Below are positions 47,693 through 64,000 of a DNA stretch of 64,000 nucleotides, piece by piece; within the stretch, counting starts at the first letter, position 1, and each line of letters opens with the position of its first letter. Source of the DNA: the human T2T-CHM13v2.0 reference genome, Homo sapiens; NCBI RefSeq assembly GCF_009914755.1, contig NC_060936.1; one strand, given 5' to 3'. Position numbers and translations under genes: made by a program. Under the pieces are notes generated by a model. The model saw nothing but the letters and a program-made list of their open reading frames with translations, did no database searches and had not been told where the DNA came from.

Positions 47693-48109
47693 ATGGCTCT
47701 CATCGCAACAATTATTTTCTGCACCTTATGTGCAAGTGCCTATGTTGACTTTATATATCAGCATATAAACAAATTTGAGTCTCATCCATGGTTTAAATAA
47801 ATAAATAAAAGCCCTATTGGTGTTGACTCTCCCTCTAAGTACTGTTCTTTATTGCTCTGCCCATTCAGTGTCCAGTGACTAGACACAAGAACCATATTGA
47901 CTGTCTCCAAGACATCTTTCTTTTTTCCAATCTTAAAATCTTAACCTGCTGCTGCCTGATATCTGCCCCCACCATCACTCCATCATAGTTTGGCAAAAGT
48001 CAGGCATGACATCCCCATTGTCAAAATCCTATCTTTCTTTAACTTATTGGTAGCATTCCTTACCATTGATTAGCCTTTTATTCTTGAAACTCCCTCTTTC
48101 CTTGGATTT

Positions 48110-48631
48110 TGTGGTGAACATTTGCCATTATGTCACCCAGAACTGTATTCTCCCTTTTTCTAGTAAGAGTACCTGGCTTTGCTTTAGGGAGCTACACCTT
48201 CCTCACTTTCAGCCATGCTGAATTTACCACCCAGGGGCTAGACTGGGCACATGACTCAGGCCTCACCAATTAGAGTATCCCCTGTCCTTGGCCACAGTGA
48301 TTGGTTCAGGGATGAGCAAATGACCCAACCAAAGCCAGTGAATGGCAATCCCAGGATTTTCATTGGGACAACTAAGACACACTCTTTTTCAGCAGAATTA
48401 TAGAAGCTGGCAACTGTTTAACACTGACTAGAGTCTACCAATGAAGCCAACGTGGAGGAAAGTCGAAATGAGAGGAAAAAGACTGTTGCAATCATTTTAT
48501 CTCTATATTTAGCCTTGCCTCAATTCTATCTCTGGGTTTTTTGATTATGCAAGCCAACGTATTCCTTCCATTTGCTTAAACCTGACTTGAGCATCCTTAT
48601 GATCACTTTCAAGAGAGAGTTCCACCTGACA
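48110..48631 (+). mobile_element. Old MLT1 (J/K-type) LTR inserted in an L2
   Basis: ggccacagtgattggttcagggatgagcaaatgacccaa; TG...CA ends. Confidence 0.7.
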
Positions 48632-49004
48632 TTGTTTCCATCATGTTCCTCTTGCCTTTCCAGCCTTTCCTCCTCAGGACTTTTTTGTCCTCTCATTTTT
48701 CTGCTCTGCTTTAAGCATTAGGATCTCCCTTTTTCTTTCTTGTCCCTCACACCATCTCATCTACATTTTCTATCTAACCCCTGTGCACATTGTCAATTAT
48801 CATGAAGCTCACATGTAGGTCTACAACCTATACCCACTCTTGAACTCCATTTCCATTTAATCAACTATGTTCTAACAATGCCTCTTAGATATCCCACAGG
48901 TAATTTACATTTAATGTGTCCAAAGGCAAACACATTCTCTTTCTCCCAGCACTACTCTGAACCAATCAACTCCTTCTTCTGAGTTCCTTATCTTGGTAAC
49001 CACC

Positions 49005-49479
49005 TGTTACAGTCTGAATTGTGTTCCACCAAAAGTTATGTTGCCCTCCAACACCTCAGAACGTGACCTTATTTGGAAAGAGGGTCATTGCAGATATAAT
49101 TAGTTAAGATAAGGTTATACTAGAATAGAATGGACCCTTTAATCCAATAAGACTAGTCTCCTTATAAGAAGAGGAGAAAGACCCAGAGAGGAGACGGCCA
49201 TGTGAAGAGAGAGACACATTTGGAAAGTGCCTTGTGACAACAGAGGCAGGAACTTGAGTAATCCAGATGCAAGCCCAAGAATTCCAAAGATCAACACCTA
49301 CCATGAGAAACTAGGAAGAGGCAAGGAAGGATTCTCCTCTATAGATTTTGGAGGGATCATTCACCTCCTGATGCTCTGATTTTAGATATGTAGCCTCCAG
49401 AAATGTGAGAAAACAAATTTGTGTTGTTTGAAGTCACCCAGTGTGGCACTTTGTTCAGGCAACCAAAGAAACTAAAATA
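49005..49479 (+). mobile_element. MLT1B/C-type MaLR solo LTR
   Basis: tgttacagtctgaattgtgt..gaccttatttggaaagagggtcattgcagat; TSD CCACC (49000-49004 / 49480-49484). Confidence 0.88.
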
Positions 49480-51452
49480 CCACCCAAATTTCCAAAGTAA
49501 GAAAGCTGGAAATCAAACAAGCTATCTTTTCCTCTCTTATGCTTTCCAGGCTATATTTAATCATTAATTCTTTTTTTATTTTGTTTTCAGAATATCACTC
49601 ATAAGTCTTTATTTCAGTCATAGATGGACTATCAAAGTTATCTCCTGACTCACAGGTCTCCTAATCTTATTGACCCCTTCCAACCCAACCTCCTCATCAC
49701 TGTCAGAGTAACCTTTTCAAGCACACAAATCTGATCTCCTCTGCTCAGAATCCAGCAGTGCCTGCTTATTGCCCTGAGGATAAAATACAAAATTCTCAAT
49801 ATAAATATTTTTATATATTAAAAATATATAATTACTTATACATTATTATATTTATATAAATATTTTTATATATTTATATATTGAAAATATTATATATGAA
49901 AAGTGGCAGGAGGTAAGGCTTGAGCTGGTGCAGGTAAGATCACGAGGAGCTTATATCAAGCTCCCAAACATGACATCTTGTAGATGCACAATACTCCTTG
50001 CTGTCTAAGGCTCTATGTTTTATGCTCGTTGTTCTCTGTGTATAAATGGTCCCTCCTGCTTATATGTCAAACTCTTATGCCACCTTCACATCTCACCATA
50101 GAGACTATCTCCTTGGAGGTGCCTTTCCCAATCCCCCCTAGAATCCTCAAGCCTTCTTCCTTTGCTCTCACCACCTTTAGTATATTTTCCATCATAGCAA
50201 TTGCAGTACTCTCCTGAAGATGTTGGTTTGCATGTCTGGGTTCTCTGAGGAATGTGAGCTGTCTAAGGAGAGAAGCTCTGTCTTTAACTTTGTATGCCTT
50301 ACATCTATCACAATGACAGGGCAGAGTGGGAATTCAGTAAATATCTGTGGCTGGTAGGCGAATTTATTAAATTAAGTAAACCAGAACTGTAAGAAATAGT
50401 TGGAAGCAATTCAATATATTAGGATTTGGCTTTAATTGGTTTGAAGAAAACAGAAGGGAGTCCTCATTTATTATGTTAATGTTGGCCATTCCCATTCATT
50501 CATTTACTTATTCCTTCATTTATCAGACATGTATTGCGGATGTAGAATGTATCAGACCCTTGCCTGGCCTGAAAACTGAAGACAAAGAAGACACAACACT
50601 GACTGTAAGGAGCTCACAATCGCAAAGGCAAACAAATAATTGTTATTCACTGTTATAAGTACCTGGACAATAGCCAGTAGGATACTTTGGAGACAATAGT
50701 TACAGGGCAGGGCTTTGGTGAGGTGAAGTAGTGGAGAAAAAGTAGAGAAGAATAATTTAATCCTCATCACCACCTTCTTGCAGAAATTATCTCCAGTTTG
50801 CATATAGAAAAAACCTACCCAAAGTAATTAAATAGGAATTCCAACCATTGCTCTCTCTCAAAGAGAATGTAAAATATTCTAATTGTAATCTAGAATCCTA
50901 GATGTTAAAATACCTCCTTTTTTATTTTCTCTCCTCTCTTACATCTTTCATACACCATAACAGCTTGAAGTCTCCCTCTCTCCAGACTCCTCTCTCCAGA
51001 CTCCTCACTCCCGACCTCTCTCCTCCAACTGCTTCCCATCTCCTGGCTTCCACCCTCTTGTGATGATTTCTTCCCTACTTCTTCCTTAAGCCCTTTCATC
51101 TCCAGGCAAAGGAAGATAACTGGCCCTCTGCTATCCTGCCATGTAGTCAGTGATTCTCTAGGAAAGACAGAAACAGGAGGTTGTCTACACCATCAGTTTC
51201 CCACACTGTTCCCCAACTCCTTTACACAGTGCCAGGGAATTTCTAAAATGTGAATTTGTTTTCTAGTTCTAACTATTCTGCTGAAAAGAAAACTCATTCT
51301 TTTATTAAATTGGACAAAAATTTTCTGAGTATGTTTGGAAAAATGTGTGTACATTAATCTACTTTTCAACTGTTAGTTTCATGAAATCTAAACACAAATC
51401 AAGTATTTCACATGAACAGTGCTTAGTAGAAGCTCTCAGAAAATAACTGTTC

Positions 51453-51921
51453 CAATAAGAACACATGGACACAGGGAGAGGAACAACACACACCAAGGCC
51501 AGTCGGGATGTGGGGGGTGGGGAGCAAGGGGAGGGAGAGCATTAGGACAAATAGCTAATGCATGGAAGGCTTAAAACCTAGATGATGTGTTGATAGGTAC
51601 AGCAAACCACCATGGCACAAGTATACCTATTTAACAAACCTACACATTCTGCACATGTATCCACGACTTAAAGTAAAATTAAAAAAAATAAAAAAGGAAA
51701 GGAGAAAGGAAACCTCCGCTCAGGCAGTAGGGAAGGTTGGTATATGCACTGTCTTAACTGAGATATTTTATTTTGACATACACAATACAAGGCTACCATC
51801 GTAGTGTGTTCTGCCACACTTTTTCAGCCTTTTCTGTTTTTTCTTCTAGTCAAAGAGATGTTTCACTTCACAAACTGAGTATTAGAATGTGTGAAATAAA
51901 GTTATTTGAGAGTCCTTCAAA
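51453..51921 (+). mobile_element. Short L1 3' end (L1PA8-10-like, 51453-51695) carrying an ~220-nt 3' transduction (51696-51918)
   Basis: The 13-bp TSD AAAATAACTGTTC (51440-51452 / 51922-51934) encloses both the L1 and the unique segment. AATAAA at 51895-51900 lies 18 nt before the terminal A run. Confidence 0.85.
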
Positions 51922-53076
51922 AAAATAACTGTTCTGTAGAGTTTACATTTTAATTGAGGAATAGATAAAAAAAACAAGAAACATAATAAATATGTAAATT
52001 ATATACCACACTAGAAAGTAGAGTGTACTATAGAAAAAATTTGAAAGGAACATTTTTGAAAAATAAATGTAAAATGTAAGAAAAGAGTTTCAGAGAGATC
52101 ACCCAATTAGAAACTGATAGAATATAATCTCTTTTCACTACACTCTGCTGCCCTAATTAAAACAGATTATAAAGTCATTATGTATTAAGGTAATATATGA
52201 GGGCTTTTAAATAGCAATCAGATTTCTAGACTACATATTCAGAATAACTTGGGAGTATATATTCGTAGGAAATTTTCCATAAACACAAATTTCAAATTTG
52301 TTCTGGTAGTAATCTTGGCTTTTGATCTACCTTTAAATGTATACATTACCACATTTAATTGTAGAAAGCACAGATTTTCTCTATTGGGAAAAGCATGGGA
52401 CAAATAAGAGACACAGAAGACCTGAATTCTAGTTCCAGCTCTGCCATTAGGTATATGTTTGGTCTTGGGCAAATCATTGTACCCTGTCTGTATCTCAGAT
52501 AGGCACTGAGCCAAGACTGACTTTAGCATTTAAGAAAAAGGTCTACCTAAAATGATAGAAGTCTGTGAAAGCTTATATAAACTTACATATTCAATGCAGA
52601 AACAAATTATTTACATATTTAACTACCTGTTTTCTCAAGTTATCATAAAAATGCCAAAGGGGAGAATTCTAATTCGATCTCTGATGTTGCTTATATGAAG
52701 TGGACTATATTCTGTGTACTCGTCTATGCATAGAGCTGGTATATGTCTTTCTCTTTTAATTTTAGGGGAACAATGGGTGGGACTACCATTCTTTCCTTTT
52801 GTCCATGAAACCTCATTATGTGAATAAAAGTTTATTAGCATTAGGCCTTTTGGAGGTCAGACAAAAACATTGACTATTATTACTCCAAACTACATTTCTC
52901 TTTTATGTCAAGTATTTACATTTCTGCCCCATAATTAAACCTATCTTGTATTTGTGCAGGATTAGTATGACCTCTTTAGGCTCCAAGTTGCAGATCTTTT
53001 CATTTATCCCAGCCAGACACTTTCTAAGTATCTTTCTCTTTGGATTCCACCCACCAGTTAGTATAAGAAGGGATAA

Positions 53077-53498
<422 letters not shown>

Positions 53499-53974
53499 TC
53501 TCAATTTTTTTTCTATCTAAAAATAAGATTTAAAAAACTTGTAGTTTATTCCCAATTTTTATTTTGTGTTTCAGGACTATGGCCATTCCTGTATTTCTTA
53601 CCAACCAAATATTTGGTAAACAGTCCAACAAATGAACTTCAGCTTTCTATACAGCAGTCCACTTGGCTGAATGACAGACTGCATCTGGTTCTGAATCTCT
53701 TGAATTTTGGTTAGGCCTCATCCAGCCTAAAGCTTTCTTCTTGTTAGCACTAATCCAGTGAGATCAGGGACTACTTCCAACATTAGCTCTAGTCTCAAGA
53801 TTCTCATAAAAATAGGCATTTTTATTCCATGTTCCACCTTTAATAGTTACAGCGACATCTACAGCTCTCAACCTGAACTAAGAAAGCTAATCCAGAGGTT
53901 CCTTGGAATCAGAGGGAGCAGAAAGTTCCTATTGTACTCCTTTTCCTGGCTAATTACACATGGAGGTACAGATC

Positions 53975-54785
<811 letters not shown>

Positions 54786-55095
54786 CTCGATCAAGCTTGA
54801 GAATGTGGAAAATAAAATAAATTCTTCTCTAGTCCATCACGTTCATATTAATGCTGGGGAATCTGACTTCTGTTAAGCACCTTCCATACTCCAGGAAGTA
54901 TTCTAGGTTTTTTACTTCTGTCAATTTGTTTAGTAGTCATAAGAACTTTGTGATGGAACTATAACTGAGACTTACAAAAATTAGGCATCTGGCTCTCAAA
55001 ATTACACAGCTAAGAAATGGCCTGCCTAGGTTTAAGCACAGTTCTATCTTGAACAAATGGTAATAATAATATTTTTAAAAAACAGATCTATAGTA

Positions 55096-60217
<5,122 letters not shown>

Positions 60218-61504
60218 AAGCTTACAATGTGCTTTTATAGAAGATTTTTTGTATCTTTTCTCATTTAATCATAAAAGTTAATTTTATGCTTGCAAATTTT
60301 ACCTACCTCACAGAGGGGCTGTGAGTTTGAACCAAGTGGATGAATGTGAAGTGCTAAGCATAGTGTCTAGTGCATGTTAATTACTATTAGTTTTCAGATA
60401 AAGAAATTGCAATGCTTTTTGTCTGATTCCATAGGCAAACAATTTCCATTCCATCATGCTGACTCCAATTTCAGGGTACTTATGATATAAATTGGCATGA
60501 ATACATATGCATGTTTTCCAATTCAGTGTCTGACTTTTTTGTTATTGCTGTTTTGTTTTACTTATTGTATTTATTACTCTGATTTTTCTTGACCTTCCTG
60601 GTTATTTCACATGTACAGCCAGTGCCCCCTCAAATACTAATCCCCAAGTTAATCTTCAGCCAAGATTATTTCCCTTTAATGTTGTATATGGGAGAATGTA
60701 GCCTATGCATTTTATCCCCATTGTCTTATCATCAAGAAAATGGAACCACCCATAAATTAATGCCTATAAATTTTTAGCTACACTTCAGTCCTCATAGGCA
60801 ATGCAAAACAGAAACCTCTTGGTGACTCTTCTAATTCTATGTTTCAAATTGTGTCATACTCTGACTAAGGTAAGCAGGTATTAAAATAGAAATGAATGAT
60901 AATAGTCCTTATTACAGGGACTCAAGAAACTACAGATGCCAAATACGTCCTGCTATTAGAAACAGAATTCCAGAAAGCCCCGGTAAAATTGTTAAGGAAG
61001 AAAAGCAGATACTTCGGTTGAGCTTCTCTCCTTCTGTCCTTATGGCCCCTTATAAATCACTGATGACTCCATTTGGAAAGAAGCCTAGTGGGCTACTGAT
61101 ACCTGAAGAGGGGATGGAAAATAGTCCGTACTTTTTAAAATACTTTTTACACTGTACAAAGCACATGCACATACATTGTCTTACCTTAGACAAACAGCTA
61201 CACTGGGAGAAAGAGTGTAAACCCTCATCTCCACTATGGCAATCATATTCCTTTGCCAGCTGCTTTCACTAGAAGTAAACTCTTTAAGAGAAGGGACTTT
61301 TTTTCTCTGCTCACTTCTGTGACCTCAGCACTTAATCTAGTGTCTGGTCATCTAGTAGGTGCTCAATGAATACTGAATGAGTTTTGTAGATGATCTAGAA
61401 AACCAAGTGGCAGCCTAAGCACAGCCCGCAGTGAAATTGGCAAACCACAGGCAGAACTGAAAGAGGATGCTGTGCCTCTTCACCTCCTCCTGATGAACAA
61501 TTGA

Positions 61505-61898
<394 letters not shown>

Positions 61899-62625
61899 AG
61901 AAAGCATCAATTCTAAGCAAATACCACAGTTGGTGAGTTAGTCTGAGCTAATTTGAGTCAACAGGTGAGGAACCTAATTATAAAACCTCATGGCTGGGCT
62001 CTCAGGGTGTGGGTTCAAGGTCCCTTTACTCATCATGCAGTGATAATGTCACACAACTGGAAAAACACATTAGAGTGAGCATGTATCCATCTCTACACTG
62101 AGTCAGTGCCAGAACTGAACATTTGCATTCAGCTTTAAAGCAAAAGAAGGTAAAGTAGAAGGGAAAGCGGGGAGAAGCCCAGCATAGCTGTCTGGACCTT
62201 GGTCTCCTGTGGTGCAGAATACAGCACTTTTAGGGTGCATGTAGGCACTGCCTTGCTGTGAGAGCCAGGAAGGACTTATTGGAAAAGGAAGGTTAAACCC
62301 CAGGAAGCAAGGAAAGGCATGCACATCTGATTTCCTTTGATTTGGTATGATGCTAAATAAAACGCAGCAAGAGCCAGTGTTCTCAGGATGACACTGACGC
62401 AGAGGGGGAAGGAGTGATCCGTTGTTTATGAACAAGCATATTTCGGAAAAATCCAATCTTTTTTTTAACACTTTGTAGTCAAGACACTGAAATGTTTAGT
62501 TCTTTATGTATTCATCCTTTATTTAACAAATAAAAACTACCATATGCTGGCCTAGGTACAAGATGTAAAAGGTGACAAAGACATGTCTCCTCAAGGAGCT
62601 TCACCCTATTACACAAGAGAGACAC

Positions 62626-63228
62626 TGTGATGGTTTGAATGTTTTTGTCCCCCAAATTCATGTGTTGAAATCTGAATGCCCAGGGTATTAGTACACATTG
62701 AGTATCCCTTATCCAAAATGCTTGAGACCAGAGTGTTCTAGATTTGAGACTTTTTTTTAAATTTTGAGATATTTGCATTATGCTTGCCATTTGAGCATCC
62801 CAAATTCAAAAATTCAAAACCCAAAATTCTCCAGTGAGCACTTCCTTCCTTTGAGCATCATGCTGACTTTCAAAAAGTTTTGGGTTTTGACGCATTTTGG
62901 ATTTTGGATTTTTAGATTAGGGATGCTCAATTTGTATTAACAGATGGAAGTTTTGGGGAGGTGATTAGGTCATGAGGATGGAACCCTCATGAATGAAATA
63001 CATGCCCTTATAAAAGAAACCTTAGAAAACTGCCTTGCCCTTTCACTGTGTGATATCACAGCAAGAAGGCACCATCTATAAACCTGAAAGCCCTTACTAG
63101 GCACAGAAACTGTAAGCACATTGGTCTTGGATTTCCCAGCCTCTAGAACTGTGAAAAGTAAACTTCTGTTGTTTAGAAGCCACCCAGTTTATGACATTTT
63201 GTTATAGAAGCCTGAATGGACTAAGACA
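62626..63228 (+). mobile_element. MLT1A-type LTR interrupted by Tigger4a/MER46A
   Basis: tgtgatggtttgaatg...gcctgaatggactaagaca. Confidence 0.85.
62694..62934. mobile_element. Tigger4a (MER46A) TcMar MITE
   Basis: TIRs cacattgagtatccctta / ttagggatgctcaatttg flanked by TA on both sides. Confidence 0.88.
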
Positions 63229-63612
63229 GATAGCCATAAACAAGTAATTGGATAGTATGGCAATGTCTCCTATATAACTCTAAAATCCTAGTTTCCTAGG
63301 GCTGCTGTAACAAATTACAAAAAATTTGCGTCTTAAAACAAAATACACTTATTCCCTCACAATTCTGAAGCTTAGAAGCCTGAAATCAAGGTGCCAGCAG
63401 AGATGTGCTTTTTCCAAAGCCTCTAGGAGAAAAATCTTCCGCTTTTCCAGCTTTTGGTGGCTCTAGGTGTTTCTTGGCTTGTGGCAGCATCACTCCAATC
63501 TCTGCCTCCCTCTTTACATGGCCTTCTCCTCTTCCTGTCTGTTTCTCTTCTGTGAGTCTCTTATAAGAACACTTTGTCATTGGATTATCTGGTGGGCACC
63601 AGATAATCCAGA

Positions 63613-63690
63613 ATGATCTCATGTCAAGATCTATAACTTGTAAATAAGTTATAACTTGTAAATAAGTTATAGATCTTGACATGAGATCAT
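63613..63690. repeat. Perfect 27-bp inverted repeat with a 24-nt spacer
   Basis: ATGATCTCATGTCAAGATCTATAACTT (63613-63639) / AAGTTATAGATCTTGACATGAGATCAT (63664-63690). Confidence 0.97.
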
Positions 63691-63717
63691 ACTGCAAAGA
63701 CTCTTTGTCTGAATAAA

Positions 63718-63760
63718 ATCATGTTGACAGGTACTACATCCTAGTACCTGTCAACATGAT
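63718..63760. repeat. Perfect 19-bp inverted repeat with a 5-nt loop
   Basis: ATCATGTTGACAGGTACTA-catcc-TAGTACCTGTCAACATGAT. Confidence 0.97.
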
Positions 63761-64000
63761 GACAGTATATGTTGACAGTATATGTTAGAGGCCTCCATTC
63801 AATCCAATACAGGTAAAATGGATGAATAGTAAAATAGTAAAGTTGCAATCAGAGAGCCTACTTGGAGGGGTGAAATTTTGAGTTTCATTTGAAATGATAT
63901 GTAGAAAATAGAGGCGTTTTAGAGGCAACATTGGGACAGTGGGTCTTCATTCTAGGCAGAAGGGTAGCATGAGCTAAAGCATAAAGACAATAATTGAATA

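Larger units (their letters stand above)
63285..63811 (-). mobile_element. MLT1A/B-type MaLR LTR containing two perfect hairpins
   Basis: ctagtttcctagggctgctgtaacaaattac...gataatccagaatgatctcat...cattcaatccaataca. Confidence 0.85.

Noticed and set aside
50975-51015. 14-nt tandem unit CCTCTCTCCAGACT (also a 19-nt tandem pair at 19510-19547)
   Set aside because: Simple slippage duplications with no spacers; not CRISPR-like and no evident function
51290-51420. Similarity to 54120-54220 suggesting a local duplication
   Set aside because: Both look like independent MER33/Charlie-type relics
60892-61272. 126-aa ATG-initiated ORF in non-repeat DNA
   Set aside because: No recognisable domain, promoter or exon context, and the length is compatible with chance

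Overview
AT-rich, repeat-dense primate genomic DNA, probably human or hominid, judging from AluY, L1PA4/7/8-like and THE1D elements and one AluYk11/12-like copy. I see no intact protein-coding gene. The long ORFs in the track are broken LINE-1 ORF2 pieces, and most short ORFs are Alu, LTR or microsatellite read-throughs. The main non-repeat signal, which the ORF track misses, is two consecutive decayed exons of an axonemal inner-arm dynein heavy chain (DNAH3/7/12-like) on the + strand. 22492-22600 encodes the AAA1 P-loop region (TLMGVLWLNLG*KPEGSAGTGK..) and 30406-30521 encodes the Walker B region (..[35 protein letters not shown]). Both keep AG/GT splice sites, and both carry stops or frameshifts. 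This is an intron-containing dynein pseudogene, possibly a lost paralogue. Other notable structures are an L1 3' transduction with TSDs (51440-51934), two perfect hairpins with tandem duplications in an old MLT1 LTR (63613-63786), two micro-inversions with AT-rich filler (49791-49964, 56074-56152), and a very young Alu (53193-53498). Repeat subfamily names come from recalled consensus sequences, and boundaries of old repeats are approximate.
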